Source: an uncultured Acidobacteriota bacterium
GTDB taxonomy: Bacteria > Acidobacteriota > Vicinamibacteria > Vicinamibacterales > CAVVIG01
Direction of reading: 5' to 3'
Assembly (NCBI GenBank): GCA_963724695.1
Contig: CAVRVW010000007.1
Location: 46,503 to 110,502, forward strand
DNA length: 64,000 bases
Positions within the stretch are counted from its first letter, which is position 1; every line of letters begins with the position of its first letter. The notes beneath the pieces are model-generated. The model was not told where the DNA came from. It did no database searches and saw only the letters and a list, made by a program, of their open reading frames with translations. The position numbers and the translations under genes were made by a program. This document shows positions 25,569 to 33,606 of the stretch, in pieces.

Positions 25569-27470
25569 ATGCTCACGCCGATCCTTCGGCATGCCGCTTC
25601 ACTTGGCGCGCGTCGGCTGGCAGCGATTGCCCTCCTGATGGGCCTGGCCTGTGTCGTCGCGCCGGGCGCCCGCAGCGTTCAGACGGCCGGGCTTCAGGCG
25701 TCGGCGCCCGACACCTGGAAAGACAATCTGTCGCCGATCACGGCTGCCGACTGGAACGCCGACCGGGCCAGGCACCTGCTCGAGCGGGCCGGGTTCGGCG
25801 GCACTCCGGAAGAGGTGGCCCGTCTCGCGCGGATGTCCCCCCAGCAGGCCGTCGCGTCTCTCGTCGCATTCGACTCGGTCCCCAATAACGAGCTGAAGCC
25901 GTTCGAAGAGTCGGGCATCTGGGACCCCGGGATGGATCCCTTTCCGCCGAGCCGCGCGGAGGCCGTCAGGCTGGCGCGCGAACGTGGCGAGGGCCTCGGC
26001 GAGAAGGTGCGGCCCGCGGGCTCGCAGCGCCGGCTGCAGCCGATCGTGGACAAGTTCTTCTACAGCCTCGCCGCCAACAACATCGAGACGCAGCGCCTGG
26101 GTCTCTGGTGGGCCAACCGCATGCTGACCACCAATCGGCCGCTGGAGGAGAAGCTGACGCTCTTCTGGCACGGTCACTTCGCGACGGGCCAGAACAAGAC
26201 GCGCGACTACCGGATGATGCTCCGCCAGAACACGATGCTCCGCGCCCAGGCCGCGGGCGACCTGCGGGGGCTCCTGCTCGGGATCCTGAAGGATCCCGGC
26301 ATGCTCGTGTACCTGGACAACGGCGAGAACGTGAAGCGGCATCCGAACGAGAACTTCGGCCGCGAGCTGCTCGAGCTGTTTTCGATGGGCGTCGGCAACT
26401 ACACGGAACGCGACGTGCGCGAGGCCGCGCGCGCCTTTACCGGGTGGACCAACGACGCGCTGGAGTTCCGCTTCGACGCGGATCAGCACGACTTCGGCGA
26501 GAAGACGTTCCTCGGCCAGACGGGCCCGTTCAACGGCGAGGACATCATCGACATCATCCTGAAGCAGCCGGTGACCTCGGAGTTCGTCGCAGGAAAGATC
26601 TACAGGTTCTTCGTACGGGACGAGGTGTCGGCGGCCGTCAGGACCAGGCTCGGCCAGACGTTCTGGAACAGCCAGTATCAGGTGAAGCCGCTCCTGACCG
26701 AGATCCTGCTCTCCAGGGATTTCTACAGCACGGCGTCGGTGGCCACGCAGATCAAGAGCCCGGTGCACCTCGTGGTGTCCACCTACAAGAAGCTGGGCCT
26801 TCGGGAGATCCCGACGATTCCCGACTTCGGGCGCATGACGGCCAGCCTCGGCCAGTCGCTCTTCGATCCGCCGAACGTGGCAGGGTGGGCCGGAGGCCGC
26901 ACCTGGATCACGCCGTCAACGCTGCTGCAGCGCGGGAACCTGTTCCGCGAGGTGCTCTTCCCCGACGTCAAGAACTTCCGTCCGCCTGATCGTGCGCTGT
27001 CGGCGACCGATCGTGCCGTCGGCGAGCGGCTCGCACGGGGCATGGACATCACCGAGGCGACCAGGGAAAGCGACGCCACGCCGAACATGATGGCCGAGTC
27101 CAACATGATGGTGGAGCGCGACGAGGACTACAACACGCGCTACGGGGGCTATAAGGGCTACCTGATGGCGTTCGAACGCACCAAGGCGATCCCGCGCCGG
27201 CCTGCGGCGATCGACCTGGCGGCGACGGCGAAGGCCGCGGGCGCGGACACCGTCGACAAGGTCATCGACCACTTCGCCCTCCGGTTCCTCTCGGTGCCGC
27301 TTGCGGCCAAGGACCGGGCCGTGCTGGTCGCGCTGCTTCGCGACCGGCTCGGTTCGACGGCATTGCCAGCCGCCTCGCCAACCGCGGTTCGCGCCGATGA
27401 CACGCTCGAAGGCGCGCTTCGAGAAGTGCTTTACGTTCTGCTGAGCATGCCGGGCTATCAGGTGGGGTGA
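25569..27470 (+). CDS. DUF1800 family protein
   Basis: Start MLTPILRHAASLGARRLAAIALLMGLA, preceded by GAGGAG. Characteristic blocks are LTLFWHGHFAT and NENFGRELLELFSMGVGNYTERDV. Confidence 0.85.
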   Translation: MLTPILRHAASLGARRLAAIALLMGLACVVAPGARSVQTAGLQASAPDTWKDNLSPITAADWNADRARHLLERAGFGGTPEEVARLARMSPQQAVASLVAFDSVPNNELKPFEESGIWDPGMDPFPPSRAEAVRLARERGEGLGEKVRPAGSQRRLQPIVDKFFYSLAANNIETQRLGLWWANRMLTTNRPLEEKLTLFWHGHFATGQNKTRDYRMMLRQNTMLRAQAAGDLRGLLLGILKDPGMLVYLDNGENVKRHPNENFGRELLELFSMGVGNYTERDVREAARAFTGWTNDALEFRFDADQHDFGEKTFLGQTGPFNGEDIIDIILKQPVTSEFVAGKIYRFFVRDEVSAAVRTRLGQTFWNSQYQVKPLLTEILLSRDFYSTASVATQIKSPVHLVVSTYKKLGLREIPTIPDFGRMTASLGQSLFDPPNVAGWAGGRTWITPSTLLQRGNLFREVLFPDVKNFRPPDRALSATDRAVGERLARGMDITEATRESDATPNMMAESNMMVERDEDYNTRYGGYKGYLMAFERTKAIPRRPAAIDLAATAKAAGADTVDKVIDHFALRFLSVPLAAKDRAVLVALLRDRLGSTALPAASPTAVRADDTLEGALREVLYVLLSMPGYQVG

Positions 27471-27473
27471 ACC

Positions 27474-28733
27474 ATGTCGCGCAGACCGAATGATTTGTCG
27501 CGCTCACGACGGGACTTCCTGGTCCGCGGCCTGTACGGCATCGGCATCGGCGCCGGATTGCCGTTGCTGCTCAGCCGCACCTCCGCGGCCCTCGCGGCCG
27601 AGGCCCTGCAGGGCACGAGCGTCGAGAAACATCCCGAGAGGATCCTCGTCGTCATCGAGCTGAGCGGAGGCAACGACGGCCTGAACACGGTCGTGCCGTA
27701 CGCCGATCCCGCCTACTACAAGGCGCGGCCGAAACTCGGCATTCCGGAGCGGGATGTCATCAAGGCCGCCCACGGCTTCGGCTTCCATCCATCGATGGTC
27801 GGCTTCGAGCGTTTGTTCAAGGACGGGGTGCTCGGCATCGTGCATGGGTGCGGCTACGACCACCCGAGCCTCTCCCACTTCTCCTCGATGGGCTTCTGGC
27901 ATACCGGCGTGCCGAATGGCGGCGAACCGCTCGGCTGGCTGGGACGGGTGGCGGACAAGACGTACGACCCGAAAACGCGCAATGTGATCGTGAACCTCGG
28001 GAGCTCCCAGTCGCTGGCCGTCCGCAGCGGCGGCCATTCGCCGCTGGTCTTCGACGATCCTGCGCGCTTCCGCCGCGAAGGCGCCGATGTCGAGAAGCAG
28101 GCCCTGCTGGAGTTGAGCCAGCCGCGCACGACGAACAATGCGACGCTCGACTTCCTGGCGTCGACGGCGCAGAACGCCGCCGAGAGTTCAGATTTTGTCC
28201 GGCAGGCCACCGCCGGGTACCGCACGCCAGTCGACTACGGCATCGGCGGCGGGCTCGCCGGCAACCTGCAGCGGGTGGCATCGCTCATCTCGTCTGGCAT
28301 GCCCACGCGGCTCTACTACGTCACCTACCAGGGCAACTCGTTCGACACCCACGTGCAGCAGGCCGATCTCCACAGCCGGCTGCTCATGTACACCGCCGAC
28401 GCCGTGCGCGGCTTCGTCGAGGACATGTCCCGTATCGGCCGGGCCGACCAGGTGGCGGTCATGATCTTCACCGAGTTCGGACGCCGCGTCGAAGAGAACG
28501 GCAGCCTCGGCACCGATCACGGCACGGCCACGCCGATGTTCGTCATCGGCAAGGGCGTCAAGGGCGGGTTCTACGGCAAGCACCCGAGCCTCACCGACCT
28601 CGACGACGGGAACATGAAGATGACGACGGACTTCCGGCGCGTTTACGCCACGATGATCAAGGAGTGGCTCGGGTACAGCGACATCGAAGCCGTGCTCAAG
28701 GGAAAATTCGAGCCGATGGGCGTATTCGCGTAG
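27474..28733 (+). CDS. DUF1501 family protein with twin-arginine signal
   Basis: SRRDFLVRG Tat motif. Further blocks are ELSGGNDGLNTVVP, FHPSM and TEFGRRVEENGSLGTDHG. The gene starts 3 nt after the DUF1800 stop. Confidence 0.9.
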   Translation: MSRRPNDLSRSRRDFLVRGLYGIGIGAGLPLLLSRTSAALAAEALQGTSVEKHPERILVVIELSGGNDGLNTVVPYADPAYYKARPKLGIPERDVIKAAHGFGFHPSMVGFERLFKDGVLGIVHGCGYDHPSLSHFSSMGFWHTGVPNGGEPLGWLGRVADKTYDPKTRNVIVNLGSSQSLAVRSGGHSPLVFDDPARFRREGADVEKQALLELSQPRTTNNATLDFLASTAQNAAESSDFVRQATAGYRTPVDYGIGGGLAGNLQRVASLISSGMPTRLYYVTYQGNSFDTHVQQADLHSRLLMYTADAVRGFVEDMSRIGRADQVAVMIFTEFGRRVEENGSLGTDHGTATPMFVIGKGVKGGFYGKHPSLTDLDDGNMKMTTDFRRVYATMIKEWLGYSDIEAVLKGKFEPMGVFA

Positions 28734-28751
28734 CGAGCGGCTTCGCCCTGA

Positions 28752-29801
28752 TCAGTTGGCGCCGGACTTCTTCGCGCCGGCGCTCTCCTTTTCCAGGAAC
28801 TGGCGGCCGCGCAGCATCCCTTCCATCGACTTGTTGGCCTCGTGGCAGGCGTACTCGAAGATCTGCTCGTTCTTCGCCGCCAGCGGAATCATCGCCGTCC
28901 ACGGCTTGGTCCACGTCGTGCGGATCGTTGACCGTGAACTCGTAGTTCAGGACGTCTGCGGAGACGCGGGTGAACCGCTCGGTGAGCTGCAGCTTCTCGT
29001 GTGAGCCCATGAACTCGCTCTTCGGCGAGAAGTTCGTCGTCTCGATGACCAGCGTGTCGCCTTCCCAGTGCCCGCGCGAATCGCCGTTCCAGCACGCGCA
29101 TGTTCTGGCCGAGGTGCGGCCGGCCGTCGATCGGGATGATGCGCGCGTCGTGCGCCATCTCGTTCATGATGATCACGTGGCCGGGCGTCTGCACGATCTG
29201 CAGGTAGCTGTTGTAGCCGGCCTGCAGCCGCGGAATGCCGAAGTTGACGCAGCGCTCGCCGAGCGGGAACGACCTCGGGATCCTCGAACGCGTGCGTCTT
29301 CGGCGATGCGCCATTCGCCGCGCGCCGCTTCTGACCGTCGGGCGTCATCGCGGGGCAGCTTGCCGTCCGGCGGATCGGTGATGAGCGAGGTCCGGCGATC
29401 GTGCCAGTCGCGTTCGACGAGCCAGAACTGGTTGTAGTTGCCGGTGCCCGGATCGTACGAACTCGGGTTTCGTGATCCGTTCGAGGACGGCGAGGATGAG
29501 GCCGTCACCGAACTGCGCGTCGCCGTCGTTGTCGTAGATCTGCGCTGCGAACCTTCTGCAGCTCGGCGACTTCCGCGTCGGTGAGGCGCGTCTTGCCTTC
29601 CCACTGCTTGGGACGCTGCAGCGGCGTGACGGTGTTGTTCGCCCAGACGCCCTGAAAGTCCGGGTGACCGTCCGCCGTCCTCGCGGGCGTCCACGTGACA
29701 GCGGAGGACGCGGGCTGCCCCTGGGCACCAGGGGCGGCAGAACCGGCCGCGACCCCGAGCGCGGCCGCGACGGCCAGCGCCGAACCGAATCGTCTTGTCA
29801 T
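28752..29801 (-). pseudogene. frame-disrupted paralog of the secreted protein at 12372..13391
   Basis: Pieces 29505..29801 (MTRRFGSALAVAAALG...DFQGVWANNTVTPLQRP), 29173..29694 (SLITDPPDGKLP), 28889..29314 (YNSYLQIVQTPGHVIIMNEMAHDARIIPIDGRPH) and 28696..29010. The C-terminus EQIFEYACHEANKSMEGML...SGAN-stop ends at 28752. Confidence 0.65.
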
Positions 29802-29839
29802 GCCATCTCTCCTCGAGAAGCTCTTCGGCGAATTCTACC

Positions 29840-29945
29840 CGAACAGGGAACAGAGAACAGGGAACTGGGATCGGGGAACAGGGAACAGGGAACAGGGAAC
29901 AGGGAACAGAGAACAGAGAACAGGGAACGGGGATCAGGGAACGGA
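29840..29945. repeat. tandem array of gaacagg words with gggatcgggg interruptions
   Basis: gaacagggaacagagaacagggaactgggatcggggaacagggaacagggaacagggaacagggaacagagaacagagaacagggaacggggatcagggaacgg. It is a one-sided array, the complement of the interior of the 25426-25544 hairpin. Confidence 0.85.
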
Positions 29946-32108
29946 CTGCACGACGGGTCGGCCGGCGCGGTAGAGCGCCAACCGGGCGCGAATCTCTCCG
30001 ACAAGGACCGGCGCTGAGCCGCTGGCGAGCTTTTCTGCGGCTTCGGCTGACGCCACGGCCTCCTGAAACCGTCCGGCGGACGCATACGCCGCGGCGAGCG
30101 AGTCGAGCACCGAAGCGTCCTTTCTTCCAGACAGTTCCGCGGCCCGGGATGCGAGAGCAATCGCCTCATCAGGATTCCTGGCGGCGGCATCGGGATGCGT
30201 GGCCAGCAGCCACGAGAGCTGCGCCATGGCATCGGTCCAGTCGGGACGCGCGACGAGCGCGCTCCTCAACTGCGCGATCGCCTCCGAATACCGATGAAGC
30301 CCGGCGAGCACACGGGCGAGGTTGTAGCGGGCTTCCGGGAACGACGGGCTGATCTGCACCGCGCGCTCGAGGGGCGCGACCGCGTCGGCGAGCCGGCCCG
30401 CGGCAATCTCGGCCACGCCGAGGTTGTAGTGAGGCGAGAGCTCCGTCGGGTCGAGTCGAGTGGCCTCGCGCAAGTGAACGATTGCCTCGTCGACACGTCC
30501 CTGGCTCAGCACGATCTCGCCCACACGGGCGTGCGCGCGTGCGTGCGACGGGTCGAGCCTGAGCGCCTCCCGATACTCCGCCGTCGCCCCGCCCACGTCC
30601 CCTGACGCCTGAAGCGCCGAACCGAGGTTGAACCGCGCTGCCGCGGACCGCGGTTCGAGCCGCACGACCTGCGCGAAGTGCGCGGCCGCCTTCTGCGGCT
30701 GACCGGTCCGGATGTAGAGGACGGCGGCGTCGTTCCTGATCGCCGCGTAGTCCGGGCGCACGGCGATCTGCGTCTCGAGGCCGACGATGGATTCGGCGGT
30801 CATCTTGCGGTCGGTTTCGCCGAAGAGCCGCACGCGATCGGCGTCCGTGCGCGCGAGCAGCTGCACCCAGACGTCGCCCATTTCGTCAGACGATCGGAAC
30901 CCCCACACGACGCGCCTGGGCGGCATGTCCGGGTTGTGCGGGTTGTCGGCGGAGTTGTCGTAGACGTACTCGAGGTGGAGGGCTGTGCCCGCGGGCAGCC
31001 AGAAGGGCTGCGCGTATCGGTACTGGTCCTGCCATTTGAAGTCCCACTGTCGAACGAGGATCAGCCACCGTCTGCTCCCGTCGGGAAGGTCCGCCCATGC
31101 GCGAACCTCACGCGCGCGCAGGTGCGCGTGCGGCTGAACGGCTTGCACTTCGGCGTCCACCGGCAGGGTGAACGAGTCGGAAACGACGTAGGCCTTATCG
31201 CCAGGCGGGATGTCGATGCTCTGGCGGCCCAGCCGCAGCATGACCGGCGTGCGCGTCGGCGGTTCGTTCGTGAAGAAGAGACCGATCGACGGGCGGATCC
31301 GTTCCGGCTTTCCGGTGGCCTGCAGATGCAGTTGCACGAGCAGCGACGAGCCGTTCTCGAGGCGCCAGGAAAGTCCGGCAGGGGCCAGCGGCGGCGCCTG
31401 GCCAGGCGTCCAGCCCAGGAAGTGCCCGTCGGGGAACATCGCCGAGTTCGGGATGAGGCCCGAGTACCCCGCCAGGGGATCCTCATCGTCCAGCCGCCGG
31501 GAGGCTGCCGTCCGGTCCACGAAGATGTTGGCGTGGTGCACGTTGGTGTTGCCCGGCAGGAACTCGAGGCCGCGGACGTACCGCGTGGCAGCCCCCGGCG
31601 CAGCGGGAACATCGACGACGAAGTTGCGGTAGAGATCGGTTTCGCCGGAGGCGGGCACGGTGTATTCGGGAAGCGTGAGCACGAGGTCAGGCTGACCGAC
31701 CTGCCAGCCTGCCGACCAGGTGGGCGCCGGCGGCAGGCGCGAGCGATCGCCTTCGCGCGCCCCGGAGGTGACCCAGCGCTCGATGATCGAGATCTCCTCG
31801 TCGGTGAGGCGGCGCTCGCCGGCGAACTCGCCGTAGCCGGGCTCGGGCCGCCAGGGCGGCATGTAGCGGCTCTTCGTCACGGCGGCGATCTGCCGCGCGC
31901 GAGCGGAGGCTTCCGCGTACGTCACGAGGCTGAAGGGCGCCGATCCGCCGGGGCGGTGGCAGCCGGCGCAGCGCGCGAAGACGATCGGCGCGACGTCGTG
32001 GGAGAAGGTCGATCTCAAGCGGCGTCTGCGCCCCCAACAAGTGCCGGCCAGAACGAGCAGCGAGAAGCGCCAGGCGGCCGGCCATTCGCCAACTGTAGCG
32101 CGGGCCAC
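29934..32108 (-). CDS. PHM/DBH-like copper type II monooxygenase domain protein with N-terminal CxxCH block and C-terminal TPR repeats
   Basis: The track ORF 29934..33152 is trimmed to GTG 32108 (VARATVGEWPAAWRFSLLVLAGTCWG). N-terminal block APIVFARCAGCHRPGGSAPFSL...MPPW. His/Met pattern VHHANIF, LHLQ, QPHAHLRA and SSDEMGDVW, spaced like the CuH/CuM sites of peptidylglycine alpha-hydroxylating monooxygenase. About 8 TPR-like repeats follow. The exact start is uncertain. Confidence 0.7.
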   Translation of the reverse strand: MARATVGEWPAAWRFSLLVLAGTCWGRRRRLRSTFSHDVAPIVFARCAGCHRPGGSAPFSLVTYAEASARARQIAAVTKSRYMPPWRPEPGYGEFAGERRLTDEEISIIERWVTSGAREGDRSRLPPAPTWSAGWQVGQPDLVLTLPEYTVPASGETDLYRNFVVDVPAAPGAATRYVRGLEFLPGNTNVHHANIFVDRTAASRRLDDEDPLAGYSGLIPNSAMFPDGHFLGWTPGQAPPLAPAGLSWRLENGSSLLVQLHLQATGKPERIRPSIGLFFTNEPPTRTPVMLRLGRQSIDIPPGDKAYVVSDSFTLPVDAEVQAVQPHAHLRAREVRAWADLPDGSRRWLILVRQWDFKWQDQYRYAQPFWLPAGTALHLEYVYDNSADNPHNPDMPPRRVVWGFRSSDEMGDVWVQLLARTDADRVRLFGETDRKMTAESIVGLETQIAVRPDYAAIRNDAAVLYIRTGQPQKAAAHFAQVVRLEPRSAAARFNLGSALQASGDVGGATAEYREALRLDPSHARAHARVGEIVLSQGRVDEAIVHLREATRLDPTELSPHYNLGVAEIAAGRLADAVAPLERAVQISPSFPEARYNLARVLAGLHRYSEAIAQLRSALVARPDWTDAMAQLSWLLATHPDAAARNPDEAIALASRAAELSGRKDASVLDSLAAAYASAGRFQEAVASAEAAEKLASGSAPVLVGEIRARLALYRAGRPVVQSVP

Positions 32109-32252
32109 GAAGACACGAAAACACGAAATCGACCAGGTTGCCCGGCAGATTGCCGACATCGCGCTCGCCGGGCTATTGTTGCCCTGCCCAGGGCGGCGCC
32201 GACGTCCGCACTTCAGCGCGTCCGGCGTTCCTTCACATCGGGAGGTCATATC

Positions 32253-33422
32253 GTGAAACGGATAGCCTTCGTCGTCGCCGTTGTCACTCTTGTCTGCCTG
32301 ACGCTCCTGGCGCTGCCGACCCTCCTGATGCCGCCGCTGGAGGCACAGCAGGCGGCGCCGATCGAGGTCCCGAGGATCCCCTTCGAGACCGACATGAACT
32401 TCCTGAAGTACTCCGCCGACATGAACCTCGGCGAGGTGCTCGGCATCGCGGTCAACTCCAAGGGCCACATCGCCGTGCTCAACCACCCTGGAAGCGCGAC
32501 GTCCGGGCCGATGTATGGGAACGCGTCGACGCAGCTCTTCCTCTTCGACGAGACCGGCAAGTTCGTCCGCGAGATCGGCAAGGGGGTCTACGGCCTCGGC
32601 TACTCGCACGGCATCCGCTACGACCGGTACGACAACCTCTGGGTCGTCGACAAGGGCACGCACTCGATCATGCGGTTCAATCCGGCGGGCTACGTGACGA
32701 TGAACCTGGGCCGGCGGCCAGAGGGCCCCGACGATCCGGAGGAGCTGTACTATCGCGGCGGCCGAGGGGGCGACAAGCCGCCCGTCCACCAGGACAGCTA
32801 CTACCGCGGGCCGACCGACGTCGCGTTCGACAGCGACGACAACGCCTACATCAGCGACGGCTACACGAACTCGCGGATCGCGAAGGTGGACAAGAACGGC
32901 AACTGGATCAAGTCGTGGGGCCAGAGAGGCCCCGGCGGCCCGAGCGCCGACCAGAACCCCGGCAACCTCAACACGCCGCACAACATCGGCGTGGATCGCC
33001 AGAACAACGTCTACGTGGCCGATCGCAACAACCGCCGCATCCAGGTGTTCGATCGCGACGGCAACTTCTTGCGCTATATGTTCCAGAATGCGGCGTACGA
33101 CAAGAAGCGGCAGCCCGTCCTCGGCAACATCTCGGCAAACGCGCCTGACCAAACGCAGCCGTGGACGATCTGCATCACGCCCGGGCCGACGCAGTATCTC
33201 TACAGCTCGGACTCAGAGCCCGGGCGGATCTACAAGTTCTCGATGGACGGGAAGCTCCTCGGCACGCTCGGCGAGAGCGGCAGGGGTCCGGGACAGTTCA
33301 ACTGGATCCACGGCATCGCCTGCCCGTCGGAGAACGTGTTGTTTGTCGCGGACATGAATAACTGGCGGGTGCAGAAGCTGACGCTCCGCCCGGGAGGCAA
33401 GCCGGCGACGGCTTCGCGCTGA
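32253..33422 (+). CDS. NHL-repeat six-bladed beta-propeller, peptidyl-alpha-hydroxyglycine alpha-amidating lyase (PAL)-like
   Basis: GTG 32253 is preceded by GGGAGG. Signal anchor VKRIAFVVAVVTLVCLTLLAL. NHL blades are YSHGIRYDRYDNLWVVDKGTHSIMRF, PTDVAFDSDDNAYISDGYTNSRIAKV, TPHNIGVDRQNNVYVADRNNRRIQVF and IHGIACPSENVLFVADMNNWRVQKL. Confidence 0.8.
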   Translation: MKRIAFVVAVVTLVCLTLLALPTLLMPPLEAQQAAPIEVPRIPFETDMNFLKYSADMNLGEVLGIAVNSKGHIAVLNHPGSATSGPMYGNASTQLFLFDETGKFVREIGKGVYGLGYSHGIRYDRYDNLWVVDKGTHSIMRFNPAGYVTMNLGRRPEGPDDPEELYYRGGRGGDKPPVHQDSYYRGPTDVAFDSDDNAYISDGYTNSRIAKVDKNGNWIKSWGQRGPGGPSADQNPGNLNTPHNIGVDRQNNVYVADRNNRRIQVFDRDGNFLRYMFQNAAYDKKRQPVLGNISANAPDQTQPWTICITPGPTQYLYSSDSEPGRIYKFSMDGKLLGTLGESGRGPGQFNWIHGIACPSENVLFVADMNNWRVQKLTLRPGGKPATASR

Positions 33423-33600
33423 ATAGTCCTTGGGGCTTGGTTCCTGGTCCTTGGGCGGTCCTTGGTCCCTGGCTGTCCTGAGTCCTTTGTCCCTGGTTCG
33501 CGCCAAGGACGAAGGACCAAGACAACCAAGGACGAAGACGAGCCCAGGGACCAAGACCGAAGGCCCGCCCAAGGACTAAGACCCAAGAACCCAGGCCTTG
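33423..33600. repeat. long hairpin of tccttgg/ccaagga words (same family as 6898-7060)
   Basis: tccttggggcttggttcctggtccttgggcggtccttggtccctgg ... ccaaggacgaaggaccaagacaaccaaggacgaagacgagcccagggaccaagaccgaaggcccgcccaaggactaagacccaagaaccc. Confidence 0.8.
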
Positions 33601-33606
33601 TGTAGC

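Noticed and set aside
32109-33152. N-terminal 350-aa extension of ORF 29934..33152
   Set aside because: The extension is antisense to the well-supported NHL propeller gene and crosses the cttcgtg repeat. Recognisable sequence, including a signal-like segment, begins only near 32108.
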